DNA of 42,487 bases from a virus. Taxonomy: Duplodnaviria; Caudoviricetes. This document shows positions 8,371 through 18,447 of the stretch, piece by piece. The position numbers and the translations under genes were made by a program. The number at the start of each line of letters is the position of its first letter. Within the stretch, counting starts at the first letter, position 1. The stretch lies in the IMG/VR virus record IMGVR_UViG_3300020161_000275, positions 1-42,487 of that record; one strand, written 5' to 3'. The notes beneath the pieces were generated by a model that was not told the origin of the DNA, searched no databases, and saw nothing but the letters and a program-made list of their open reading frames with translations.

Positions 8371-11300
8371 CTGACCCGGTAAGTGCAGTGCCTGATACCT
8401 TATAGACGTTGATAGCCAGCACGTCTGGACCATTTGGGAAAGTTCCTCGACCGCCGATCGCAGTAGTAGTGAGCTCTTTTAGCTCTCCTAGATCTAAAGA
8501 ATCCTGACCACCAGGTGCGCATACGAAAGAAAATACCTGCTCTCCTGGAAGAGCAAATTGCACGTCACCAAATTGGAAAGTAATATTAGCGGCAGCAGCT
8601 ATTGATGTGTTAGATGATTGCGTAAATGTTACTCGTCTAACTACTGTGGCTCCTAGTGTTCTAGAAACCACTCCTGTAACTGCGGTACCTGCTGGAAATT
8701 GTGTTACACTACTGTCTAATCTAGTGCCAACCTGAGCTCCGGAACTATTCCAAGATGCATTAGTAAAGAATAAAAAGTTACTGTTTGTGTATGAAGCAGC
8801 CGTACCAGTAATCTGCGTAGTGGTGGATATGTTGGTATTCAGCGGTGATGTAGTAGTAGCATTATTATTCATTGTAATAACTGTATATAAAGTTCCGCTG
8901 AGACTAAAACCGCTACGTTGTATATTTGTAATTGATCTGTTGCCTATTAGATAAGTACCATTTATCAGAGTATCACCGATCTGTAGTCCACTAGTATCAT
9001 ATTGAAGATTGGTAATTATAAAGCTGTTTCTAGCTATACTAAACGCATTCCTGAACTGTGTACCAGAAGTCACTCCAACTGCCGTAACCGTGCTTTGAAC
9101 GGCTCCGGAGACTGCTGCAGTAGAAGTAGTAAGAGGGACTCCTCCCCAGTTGATACCACCACCAACTGCAATTTGAGCAAAACTTGGTTGTCCGCCTGCG
9201 GCTGAGCTCGATAGCCCAGACCAAATAATGTTAGAAGGATTTGTAGGATAATTTCTTGGATTCAACACTCCTTCAACGACTATAATACCGCTACCAGTAT
9301 CTGCAGCTATAGCCACTTGATTTAACAATAATTGTGCTCTGTTTAAAAGATCTCTTTCGCCTAGATCCCCTATCAGAGCATTTGATACCGAAGGAGCTAA
9401 TCGAATCATAAATGCAGTTTGTTTTGTTGTGCTGATACTTAGACCAGTAGCTGCATAGTTAAAAATATAACCTCGATCTTCATCAAATAGCCCGTCTGTG
9501 AGTAGCGCAGATCCCCAGTGACTGATTGTTGGAGTTGCTGTACAGCTGACTAAAATAACACCTGCTCCTGCAGAATGGCTGGCTGCAGCCCCTGCCGTAA
9601 AGCCTCTATTTTGTCCTGCAGAAAATGCTGTCATTGTAGCACCTCTGGTAAGACCGGATAAAGTATTTCCATCTTTGCCCGAATAAGCAATCAATTCATT
9701 GTCGATGTATATAATACCGCTGGTTGGAAAATAATATCCATCTACTAATTCAATACTAGATACTGAAGAATTTATAGTGACTCGTAATTCACTTTTAGCT
9801 GAAGTATTCTCTACTTCATAGCGAACTGGTAGGTTGGCAGTACGCATATAGGCTTCAGTATTGACGTTAGAATTACGCAATCTATGTAGGAACACAAACT
9901 TGCCGTCTGATCCTCTCAGCATCCATTCAATGAAGCCAGCAGCGTACCAAGAATATTGTATACCGATCATCTGCATCTTGTTTGGTACCCAATTAAATCC
10001 AGAAGGCCCTGTACCGTCTAATCGATCCATGTTCCACTCTTCTTGAGGTATCACTAGATCTGTAGTCAGTGCTACTTTGGCTCCAGTGACTGAGTTGACT
10101 CCTCTCCAATCAGGATTTACAGTCATACTAGTGTCGCTGGTGATCTTAGTTACCGTGTGGCTCATTCCTCTTATTACTATCTTGTCACCTTCTATCAGTT
10201 GTTGAGTAAATCTAGTTCCTGAACCGGTTACTACGTTGCTGTCCAACGAACAGGCTACTGTACCAGTTAGTTGCTGTGTGCTGCTGCGTCGTACTACTGC
10301 TAGTTTATAACCATCGTATTGATAAAAAATTCCGTTTTGGTCGTCGAATGCTCCTACCTTTACTGTAGAACCGTGCCAATTTTTAATTGATACTTTAGCG
10401 TCAGCACTTAGATCAGCAGTAAGAGTAGATAGAGGAACTAATGCTCGACATCTAAATGATCTAGAACTTGTTATATTTTCTACTATATATTCTCCGTTAT
10501 ACTCAAAACTGCTGCAGCCGGTTATTTCAATCACCGCTCCTGATTGCAGTCCGTGATCTGTATCGTCGGTGGTAAATGTAATAAGACTATTGGCCGGATA
10601 ATCAACAGCGACCGCGCTGGCTAAATTCATATTAGGTGCAAACAATGCACCTGTAGTATACATAATACCTTTACCAGACTGGTAACGGACATATTTTTTG
10701 CTTTGACGTATGGCCTGTGATGCATGCTGAGGACCACCAGTACCTAACTGTACTCCGCCGTCAAATGGTCTATGTGTAAAGAAGGTATCTGGTCTTGCAT
10801 AGATATTCCCTCTGATCGTAGCATCTGTACTTATAGTTCCCGTGCTTCTAGCTGGATATCTTAAACTAGTAAATGATGGAACCTGTGTAACCACGAATGG
10901 ACCTGCGCCCAATTGATGATTTGCTGATGTAAGAACGATGCTCAAAGCGGCTGTGTTTAGTCCGACTACAGCAAAAATACCGATTCCGGAATAATTACCA
11001 TAGGCTATACCTTCCCATGTAGAGTTTGCCGCTAGAGTATTTTCTGTGAATGATCCGGTCTCTCCAGTGAAAGAAGTTAGACACTGTGTGCCGCCGTCAG
11101 CCACCACTACGAAATTATCATCTCCAAACGCTATTTCATTCCAGTTTGCAGAAGATGGTAATGTCACTGAGCTCCACGAAGTACCATTGGTTGAAACAGC
11201 ACCTGCTGCTGTGGCTCTGGCCACTGCAAAAAATCTACTGTTTCCAAATTCAATGCTAGACCATGTTGTAGAGCTAGGTAATGTAGATGCAGTCCAGTTA

Positions 11301-14300
11301 GCTCCATTGTCTACAGAATAGGCTGCGGCAGTCGAACCGGTAGCAATAGCTACGAAGTAGCTAGACGATCCAATTATACCGCCTGCAACATCGGACCAGT
11401 TACTACTGCTTGGTAGTGTGGCTGCAATCCAAGTAGCTCCGCCATCATGCGAATAGGCAGCTGCGGTAGATCCAGATCTTACAGCTGCGAAATACCCTTC
11501 ATTATAAGCAACCGAAGTCCACGAACCGCTGCTTGGTAGCGTAGATGCTGACCAAGTTAGACCTCCGTCTGACGAGTACGCAGCGGCTGTACCGCCACTA
11601 GACACAGCCACATGATAATAAGTTGAACCGACTATCCCAGCTGCTGTCGCAGTCCATTGGGCACTACTAGGCATAACTCCGCCTGCACTCCAATTAGTGC
11701 CGTCAATACTTCTTCCGGTTAAATTACTGCCGTTTCTCACAGCAACAAACTTACCGTCGGCAAAATCTACACTACTCCAAGTTCCTGAACTAGGTAATGT
11801 TCTAGAAGATGAAGCGAAGGCAGGTGCTGGAGTTGAAGTGATGTTTGTAAGAATACTAGCACCAGGTACTAATCCATGATTACTGGTAAAATCAACCTGT
11901 ATAGTAGCGATTGCACCAGCATTTAGAACGGTACCATCTGAGATAGTACCAGTTGTTGCTTCACTGATTGAAAGAGCTGGGTATATATTTGTGGTATCCC
12001 CGGCGAATGGTGTTCCAGTTGCTGTGACTGATGAAATAATTCCTCCGCTTACCGCAGTAAGAGATAATATACAGTCATTGGCCGGAGTTGTACCTCCTAG
12101 AGCATTACCAAGAATGCGGATTTTGCTGTCTTGAAAATATCCAGTTCCGCCAGCACCCGCGGCATCATCTACTTCAACTTCATAATTTCCGTTAAATCTA
12201 GTAACATTAAAAACTGCTCCAGATCCAGATAAAGTTAAATTTGCAGAAGAAGGTTGCGTATAAGATGCATTTCCCGATACACCGGTGCCTCCTAAAATAG
12301 TAAAGTCAACTATTGCGGCAGCTGGAAAGCTGACTCCGTCAACTTGAATTGTAATATCGTTGGCTGGAGATGTGCCGCCAAAGTTAGTACCTGCCCAAGT
12401 TACTACATCACCGGGAGCGTGGCTGCCGCCACCGCTGGCTAGAGTGATAGAGTATAGGCCGGTGCCTCCTGCTCTTATTACTGTGATACGAGCATTGTTA
12501 CCAGGACCTGTAGTCGAAGTCTGTAATATACTAGTATAGGTAGCACCACCACTGATTGCGTTACCAGTCCAGCTAACACCAGTGATAGCACCACCACTGT
12601 CTACGCTGGTAACTTTAATCAATAGATCATTGGCTGGACTCGCGCCACCTAGATCAGTACCTACAATTTTGATATAATCGCCAACTACATAATTAGTACC
12701 GTTTGAAGAACTATCTTCAGCGTCTACCACAGTATACGATCCTGTGGATCTTGATACGTTAAACAATGCGCCAGTTCCAATACCTTGTATGTTAGTTCCT
12801 GACACTCCTAGAGTTTCACCGTTTGAACCATTAAAATTCTGACCGATGGCACCTGACAGTGATGCGATGTCATTGTTGATGCTATTGATAAAAATAGCAG
12901 TTCCTGACCCGTTGTCTAGGGCCATGCCTTGTTGTACACCAGTGTAATCTGTAAATTTTACCTGAGTGTCTGTGGCTAACACATCTTCTTCAAAATTCGC
13001 TGTCACTGTGCCTGCACCGACAACGCTTGAAATGCTAGTGCCAGCAGGGATATTAGGAGATCCAGATATCGGAGCCCCTACTGTAGGTGACGTACCGTCA
13101 AAGGCTATTTGATATGAATTACTCAATGTAAGGAATTTACTTGATATAGAAAGACTGCTACCGTTACTAAACACAGAAAATGATGGTTGACCTAATGAAG
13201 CACCTGTGTAAAAACCCGCTTGCCTAATTTGAACGAATGAAGTAAAAACACTTTGGCCGTTAGATGTTCCCACCTTGGCGCTTGAGTAATAGGTGAATGT
13301 CAAAGAATTTGGTACTGTCGCTACTAAGAAAGTACCTTCGCCTCTAGAAAATCCACTAACTGAATTGTCTAATCCCTTGACTGTTATCACCGTACCTGGT
13401 GAATAACCGTGAGCGCCGGTAACTGTGACGGTGATCAATGAACTACCAAATCCTCCAGAGCCTGACGATGCATCAGTGGTCATAGCCGACACTGATAAAT
13501 CTGTACCTGGCTGTTCATAAAAACTAGGATAGCTTCTCAGCATTCCAATAGCCTGCCACTTAGTAGGCTGTAGTCCGTATTCAAAGTCAGCATCAAGCAT
13601 GGCCTGCGGTGCAGCGACACGCATACGTTCAATAGCATCTGTGCCAAAATCCCAAGGACGGATAGTCTGATATGGTTCTTCAACAAATATCTGGATATCG
13701 GAATCCACAGTCAAAGAAGATGTATTTTCACTTAGATATATCGTTGTGATAGTATCAGTGGTCTGCCACCATGATGGAAAATCTAAATCACTAAGCAGTT
13801 GTCCGTCGCCGCTGCTACGACCTTGCTTATAGTCAAAGGATATTGTAGAGCTGTTATCCGCAAAATTATATAATATATTACCGTTGTTGACATCTGTTAT
13901 CAACAAAATTTCAGATACTTCATATTTTCCTAGCAGTTTGATCGAACTTACTCCGGTAGATTTAACTGGCAGTTCATCTGTGCCGTTGGTAATGACGTCG
14001 GAGAAAATCGCCCATAATGCGGTATTTCTTGTGCTAGCGCCAGCTTCGGCATTTTGACCGGCAATAAATACCTGCTGTACTGCTGTTTGACCGTAGTTTT
14101 GCGTAACTGGTGTATTTGTAAAAATAAAATCATTGATTAGGGTTCGCAGATATGCCTGCCCTGTGATTTCCGGAGATACATCTCCCCGAATCATTGGTTT
14201 ACCATCTATCCAAAAGTAGTCCGCAGTCGCTCTGGTTTTTACGTTCCCGCCGTATCTTAGATCATGTAAGATCGCATCAATAAAAAAACCAACGTCTCTA

Positions 14301-14497
14301 GTACATTTTGTAGGCGCATAGGTATAACTAACATATGGCGCAACGTTATTTGTAATGTTATAGTTTATGTAGGCAACAACCATGGCCTGTAGATAGGCCT
14401 TGTTGGCCGACAATAGAGCTACAGCTCTAGGATATAGATTAGCATCTTTACTAATCCCCGGTTCAAATACATAATTTAATATCTGTTTCTTTGCCAT
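8339..14497 (-). CDS. Giant virion structural / fibre-like protein (2052 aa)
   Basis: S/T/G-rich; one KCTRDVG..DLRYGGN helical module; three GG.(S/T)PAND modules; beta-propeller-type W..(V/I).(Y/F)G...FVAV...S.DG..W repeats. Confidence 0.8.
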   Translation of the reverse strand: MAKKQILNYVFEPGISKDANLYPRAVALLSANKAYLQAMVVAYINYNITNNVAPYVSYTYAPTKCTRDVGFFIDAILHDLRYGGNVKTRATADYFWIDGKPMIRGDVSPEITGQAYLRTLINDFIFTNTPVTQNYGQTAVQQVFIAGQNAEAGASTRNTALWAIFSDVITNGTDELPVKSTGVSSIKLLGKYEVSEILLITDVNNGNILYNFADNSSTISFDYKQGRSSGDGQLLSDLDFPSWWQTTDTITTIYLSENTSSLTVDSDIQIFVEEPYQTIRPWDFGTDAIERMRVAAPQAMLDADFEYGLQPTKWQAIGMLRSYPSFYEQPGTDLSVSAMTTDASSGSGGFGSSLITVTVTGAHGYSPGTVITVKGLDNSVSGFSRGEGTFLVATVPNSLTFTYYSSAKVGTSNGQSVFTSFVQIRQAGFYTGASLGQPSFSVFSNGSSLSISSKFLTLSNSYQIAFDGTSPTVGAPISGSPNIPAGTSISSVVGAGTVTANFEEDVLATDTQVKFTDYTGVQQGMALDNGSGTAIFINSINNDIASLSGAIGQNFNGSNGETLGVSGTNIQGIGTGALFNVSRSTGSYTVVDAEDSSSNGTNYVVGDYIKIVGTDLGGASPANDLLIKVTSVDSGGAITGVSWTGNAISGGATYTSILQTSTTGPGNNARITVIRAGGTGLYSITLASGGGSHAPGDVVTWAGTNFGGTSPANDITIQVDGVSFPAAAIVDFTILGGTGVSGNASYTQPSSANLTLSGSGAVFNVTRFNGNYEVEVDDAAGAGGTGYFQDSKIRILGNALGGTTPANDCILSLTAVSGGIISSVTATGTPFAGDTTNIYPALSISEATTGTISDGTVLNAGAIATIQVDFTSNHGLVPGASILTNITSTPAPAFASSSRTLPSSGTWSSVDFADGKFVAVRNGSNLTGRSIDGTNWSAGGVMPSSAQWTATAAGIVGSTYYHVAVSSGGTAAAYSSDGGLTWSASTLPSSGSWTSVAYNEGYFAAVRSGSTAAAYSHDGGATWIAATLPSSSNWSDVAGGIIGSSSYFVAIATGSTAAAYSVDNGANWTASTLPSSTTWSSIEFGNSRFFAVARATAAGAVSTNGTSWSSVTLPSSANWNEIAFGDDNFVVVADGGTQCLTSFTGETGSFTENTLAANSTWEGIAYGNYSGIGIFAVVGLNTAALSIVLTSANHQLGAGPFVVTQVPSFTSLRYPARSTGTISTDATIRGNIYARPDTFFTHRPFDGGVQLGTGGPQHASQAIRQSKKYVRYQSGKGIMYTTGALFAPNMNLASAVAVDYPANSLITFTTDDTDHGLQSGAVIEITGCSSFEYNGEYIVENITSSRSFRCRALVPLSTLTADLSADAKVSIKNWHGSTVKVGAFDDQNGIFYQYDGYKLAVVRRSSTQQLTGTVACSLDSNVVTGSGTRFTQQLIEGDKIVIRGMSHTVTKITSDTSMTVNPDWRGVNSVTGAKVALTTDLVIPQEEWNMDRLDGTGPSGFNWVPNKMQMIGIQYSWYAAGFIEWMLRGSDGKFVFLHRLRNSNVNTEAYMRTANLPVRYEVENTSAKSELRVTINSSVSSIELVDGYYFPTSGIIYIDNELIAYSGKDGNTLSGLTRGATMTAFSAGQNRGFTAGAAASHSAGAGVILVSCTATPTISHWGSALLTDGLFDEDRGYIFNYAATGLSISTTKQTAFMIRLAPSVSNALIGDLGERDLLNRAQLLLNQVAIAADTGSGIIVVEGVLNPRNYPTNPSNIIWSGLSSSAAGGQPSFAQIAVGGGINWGGVPLTTSTAAVSGAVQSTVTAVGVTSGTQFRNAFSIARNSFIITNLQYDTSGLQIGDTLINGTYLIGNRSITNIQRSGFSLSGTLYTVITMNNNATTTSPLNTNISTTTQITGTAASYTNSNFLFFTNASWNSSGAQVGTRLDSSVTQFPAGTAVTGVVSRTLGATVVRRVTFTQSSNTSIAAAANITFQFGDVQFALPGEQVFSFVCAPGGQDSLDLGELKELTTTAIGGRGTFPNGPDVLAINVYKVSGTALTGSVILRWGEAQA

Positions 14498-14506
14498 TTG
14501 CTTTCC

Positions 14507-15115
14507 TTATGCGCCAAATGCGATAGCAAACGCCGATACTCTGGCATCTACATAATCTTTTCTTGTTACATGATTTATTTCTGTTGGAGCTAGAGATACT
14601 GAGATGTTGCCAGTGATGTTTGCGCTGGACATGGTACTAGTTCCTGAAACTGTTAAATTTCCCTGAGCTGTTATCGCTCCTGGTCCAACGGTGATGCTGG
14701 TAAAAGCACCAGTTCCTGGTAGGGTTTCGCCAATGTTAAAATTATCTATACTACCTACTGATTGTACGCTGGTCATTTCAATATGACCGTCTACCACGTT
14801 AAAGTAGGGAGTAGATCCTTCCGATATTCTAAGATCACCGTCAATATTTAGATATTCTAATGTGCCAACTCTAGTCAGCGAACTCGCAGTAATATTGTTA
14901 CCTAATGCTATTAGTGTAGAATCTCCACCTTCTATCAGTTGCACACCTTTGACGATAATGTTGTCAGCGATGATCACGCTTTCGTCAGCAGATTCTGGAT
15001 CGTCTATGTTACGTATGCTTAGAGATTTTACTGTGAGGTTACCTAAGGGATCTACTGAAAACCCTCGGCTTCGAAACCCGCTTTTACTTTCAAGAGGAAT
15101 ATAATTGACTGACAT
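14507..15115 (-). CDS. Short fibre-like structural protein
   Basis: SSLTRVGTL, NITGNI beta-rich repeats; HVTRKDYVD fibre motif; C-terminal AFAIAFG; GGAG RBS. Confidence 0.7.
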   Translation of the reverse strand: MSVNYIPLESKSGFRSRGFSVDPLGNLTVKSLSIRNIDDPESADESVIIADNIIVKGVQLIEGGDSTLIALGNNITASSLTRVGTLEYLNIDGDLRISEGSTPYFNVVDGHIEMTSVQSVGSIDNFNIGETLPGTGAFTSITVGPGAITAQGNLTVSGTSTMSSANITGNISVSLAPTEINHVTRKDYVDARVSAFAIAFGA

Positions 15116-15164
15116 GTGATCTCCGCTATTACGCCGCCTACAACTACTACAAAGACTCCATGTG

Positions 15165-15170
15165 TATTTA
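15165..15170 (-). promoter_or_regulatory. Late promoter core cTAAATA
   Basis: Intergenic TAAATA upstream of the 202-aa and 2052-aa genes. Confidence 0.6.
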
Positions 15171-15187
15171 GCCGGAGAGAGTAGAGT

Positions 15188-15625
15188 TTAAGGAATGGTG
15201 AGATCGTTTATAGTATGATAATACGTGGCGCTGAAAACCAGCTTGCTGCCGTCAAGCAGACTGGAATTATCATAGGTGCTGCCGTCTGGGCTAGATGCAG
15301 GATTTGCTATGATCGTACATCTGCTGGCATTTACTGTGGCTGATAGATCTATAAGATTTTCAGCTAGATTAGTTCTACCGTAGATTGTAAGACTGGCATT
15401 TTCTGGTCCTGCCACTACTAGGCATTTTACTATTTCTTTCCTAGAATTTCCTACATCAACTACTATGGTGTATTCGGCTGCGCAGAAATCTCCCACGAAC
15501 CATTGATCCACTACTGTGTTGGAATTCACAGCGATCCATGGCCCTTTATAGGCAAAATTTACACCATTCTGTACCCTGAGAGTACCTTTGACACCTTGAA
15601 AGAAAAATCTAGAAAAGTTTAGCAT
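15188..15625 (-). CDS. Small beta-rich virion protein, function unknown
   Basis: VDQW....AAEYTIVV...KEIVKCLVV...TIYG pattern seen in phage fibre-associated domains; directly follows a late promoter. Confidence 0.65.
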   Translation of the reverse strand: MLNFSRFFFQGVKGTLRVQNGVNFAYKGPWIAVNSNTVVDQWFVGDFCAAEYTIVVDVGNSRKEIVKCLVVAGPENASLTIYGRTNLAENLIDLSATVNASRCTIIANPASSPDGSTYDNSSLLDGSKLVFSATYYHTINDLTIP

Positions 15626-15630
15626 ACAAG

Positions 15631-15636
15631 TATTTA
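15631..15636 (-). promoter_or_regulatory. Late promoter core gaTAAATA, 5 nt before ATG 15625
   Basis: Immediately downstream of the terminator; no SD. Confidence 0.65.
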
Positions 15637-15640
15637 TCAG

Positions 15641-15667
15641 AAAACAAAAAAGCCCTTTCGGGCTTTT
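15641..15667 (-). terminator. Rho-independent terminator after carbamoyltransferase
   Basis: AAAAGCCC-GAAA-GGGCTTTTTTGTTTT on the minus strand. Confidence 0.88.
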
Positions 15668-15670
15668 CTG

Positions 15671-17503
15671 TTAGTTAGCAATCTTTACCAATTTGCCGTA
15701 TTCTGGAAGATACAGATATTCAATATCTGAATTTTTCAGAGTCCACAGCGCATCATCTAGAGTTTCTACCAGTGGTTCTCCACCTAGATTAAACGATGTA
15801 TTAAACAAGATCGGAATTCCAGTCTCTTCTTTAAAGGCTTTGATCAAGTCATAATAGTGTTTATTTTGTTCTGGAGTAACTGTTTGGATTCTACAGGTTC
15901 CGTCCACATGAATAATCGAAGGTATTTTTTCTGCGATACCTGGTTGACAATTTACCGCATACATCATAAACGGCGAATTTTTCATTCCGCGTAGGTCAAA
16001 CCATTCGTGTACATCGTCTTCGAGAATAGTTCCTGCAAATGGGCGGAAGTATTCTCTGCGTTTAACTAGATTCACATAATCTTTACCATCTTCAAATGTC
16101 GGGTCAAACAGCACAGAACGATTGCCCAATGCTCGCGGACCGTTTTCAGATCGACCTTGGAAAATAGTCACGATATTTTTCTCTCTCAGCAATTTAACAA
16201 CATCTTTGTGTGTAGCATCAGTAAGCTCTGCGCCAGATATCGCTTCAACTTTAGCTGTGATTTCGTCATTGCTGTAACAATATGACGGTCCTAGATATAA
16301 GGTATCATATTTGCGAACAGTAGCATCTTCTTGCATACCATGCCAGAACATCAAAGCAGCTCCCATAGCTGTACCAGCGTCATTGCTGATCGGTTCTACG
16401 TAGACCTCGATGCCTTCTTCTTTGAGTTTGTCAAGATAGTAATAGTTAGCCACACAGTTTAATCCGTAGCCTCCGCTGATTACTACACGCTTCTTGCCAC
16501 TCTTTTCTGCAGCCTTGCGGATCAAGTTTACTACCTGCTCTTGTGTTTCTGTCTGGACCGCATAGGCCATGTCTCTACGGCTTTCGAGATAGGTCACATC
16601 ATCGGTAGGATTTGGAGGCAGCTCGTCTAGAAAATCATAGAGATAGGCATTTACAGTACCGCTCATAGGATATTTAGGAACTATGAGATTTCTATTGGTC
16701 AGTGGAATCTTATATGTTTCATCGAACAGCTCGGGAATCTTGTTGTTGGGTTTTCCGTAGGGGAATAAGCCCATGGTCTTACCTGCTTCAATAGCTGAGA
16801 ACCCGCAGTATTCTGTGACTGCTTCATAGGCTTTGACGATACCGGCATGATCCGTCACCCAAGCTTCATGGGTTTCCCCTTCTTCGCCGAGATTAGACGA
16901 ACTGAAATCTTTGATAAAAGTTCCAGCGATAGGTTCTCTAGTGCCATAGTGTTTATACAGAGTTTTAAAAGAAGCTGGATACTCGCAGTCAACGATAGAT
17001 TCAACTTCCCAGACCCATATTGGCTGTTCGTTATAGCCCATCTGATAAAATGTTCCTGCACCATCTACGATCAATGCCACAGCATCGGTCCAACCGCTGC
17101 GATAGTAAGCGCAGGCAGCATGTAGTTTATGGTGCATAAAGCTGAGATCGATGACCTGGGGGTGACGATGTAGATTCTGTACTTTCCTGTCGATCAGACC
17201 GAACTTCCTAGCCAATCCTGTATAGACATCGTCACCAGTATAGTCAACTTTGCCAGCAGTTTCTTGAAGGCCCTGTGTATGAGCTATAATCAGATAATCT
17301 AATCTGTCTGTATAGTCTAGAATTTTTTTAATAGAAGCGTATGGCCCACCGTCATATTTCTGTCTGGTTAATCTTTCTTCTTCGATAGAAAATACGATCT
17401 CTCCGTCTTTTAGAAGACAAACGCCAGAGTTATGTCCGCGAGCTATTCCTGCAATCCACACAGGTTTTTTGGATTTGTTTATTTCAATAGTTTTAACTGT
17501 CAT
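15671..17503 (-). CDS. O-carbamoyltransferase, NodU/CmcH/TobZ family
   Basis: GHNS, EEERLTRQK, HHKLHA, DGAG, EAGKTMGL, SGGYGLNCVAN, NDAGTAMGAA, ENGPRALGNRS, KRREYFRPFA, HVDGTCRIQTV, NTSFNLGGEPLV. Confidence 0.95.
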   Translation of the reverse strand: MTVKTIEINKSKKPVWIAGIARGHNSGVCLLKDGEIVFSIEEERLTRQKYDGGPYASIKKILDYTDRLDYLIIAHTQGLQETAGKVDYTGDDVYTGLARKFGLIDRKVQNLHRHPQVIDLSFMHHKLHAACAYYRSGWTDAVALIVDGAGTFYQMGYNEQPIWVWEVESIVDCEYPASFKTLYKHYGTREPIAGTFIKDFSSSNLGEEGETHEAWVTDHAGIVKAYEAVTEYCGFSAIEAGKTMGLFPYGKPNNKIPELFDETYKIPLTNRNLIVPKYPMSGTVNAYLYDFLDELPPNPTDDVTYLESRRDMAYAVQTETQEQVVNLIRKAAEKSGKKRVVISGGYGLNCVANYYYLDKLKEEGIEVYVEPISNDAGTAMGAALMFWHGMQEDATVRKYDTLYLGPSYCYSNDEITAKVEAISGAELTDATHKDVVKLLREKNIVTIFQGRSENGPRALGNRSVLFDPTFEDGKDYVNLVKRREYFRPFAGTILEDDVHEWFDLRGMKNSPFMMYAVNCQPGIAEKIPSIIHVDGTCRIQTVTPEQNKHYYDLIKAFKEETGIPILFNTSFNLGGEPLVETLDDALWTLKNSDIEYLYLPEYGKLVKIAN

Positions 17504-18434
17504 CTTTTTTCCCTAGTACATGATCTACGATTAGTGTAGTTATCTCATCTGTCATGCTCATGATATTTTCATTCATACGATCTACACGTTCATCTGGCAG
17601 TATGCGTATTGGAGAATACTCTCGATGCATTTCTCCCATATCTAATATATCAAAATAATCACAGTCTGGATATGACACATTGATAGGATATGTAGAACCT
17701 GTGACCACTGTAGATGGCGTTTCCATAGCATAGGCTAAATGTTGACCTAGACTGTCACAGCCTAGAAAGTGATCTGCATATTTGATAATTGCAGCCCACA
17801 CTCGAGGACTGACATTTTCTGGCATGGCTACTTCATCTTTGAGTTTGGCATCTACGAGATCCACTTTAAATTCGCTCATTAGAATAATCGCATAGTCTTT
17901 GGCCTGAAGTTTTTTAACCACTGATTTTACATCTTTGAGTTCAAAACTACGAGCAGTTCGATCTATCAAGGTTTCGTCTATATATTCGATGCCCCTACCG
18001 AACGGCTGAAAAATAACGACTTTTTCTTTTTTCAATTTCTTTTTGACTTCACTAATTACTGATCTTCCCTGCAGAAGTTCATCTTTGCTGAGTCGTAGAG
18101 TGGGCTTAGACATTAGTCTGAGACCTTTGGCATTGACTTGTAGATCAAAGGCCTGAGCTATTGAACACTGTTGGTTGTAATATTCCCAGACTCTATAAGG
18201 TTCAGTACTTACAATGTCTCGATCTTTGAGATGTGTTTTAAACAGCCCCTTATGCCAGATGTCGAAGGCTCGATCATCTAAAGTGGGATGCCCTTTGAAT
18301 ACGTCTGTGCCACCTTCACAGACAATGATAAAATCTTTATCGTCGGTTTCTTCTAGATATTTTTCAAATGCCGGTATAGATGCTATCATCCTACCAGCTC
18401 CCCCGTTGATAAAAAACGCTTTGGATCTTGCCAT
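17493..18434 (-). CDS. GT-B glycosyltransferase, GT9 / heptosyltransferase-like
   Basis: N-terminal FINGGAGRMIASIPA, VIFQPFG, AAIIKYADHFLGCDSLGQHLAYAM (compare GT9 FIGNDSGPMHLAAAL). Start at ATG 18434 with GGAG RBS. Overlaps the carbamoyltransferase start by 11 nt. Confidence 0.72.
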   Translation of the reverse strand: MARSKAFFINGGAGRMIASIPAFEKYLEETDDKDFIIVCEGGTDVFKGHPTLDDRAFDIWHKGLFKTHLKDRDIVSTEPYRVWEYYNQQCSIAQAFDLQVNAKGLRLMSKPTLRLSKDELLQGRSVISEVKKKLKKEKVVIFQPFGRGIEYIDETLIDRTARSFELKDVKSVVKKLQAKDYAIILMSEFKVDLVDAKLKDEVAMPENVSPRVWAAIIKYADHFLGCDSLGQHLAYAMETPSTVVTGSTYPINVSYPDCDYFDILDMGEMHREYSPIRILPDERVDRMNENIMSMTDEITTLIVDHVLGKKDDS

Positions 18435-18447
18435 TCTAACTCCGATT

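Noticed and set aside
15147-15161. Four-codon uORF (MESL) after the late promoter
   Set aside because: The ATG is only 3 nt from the box and probably at or upstream of the TSS; no other support
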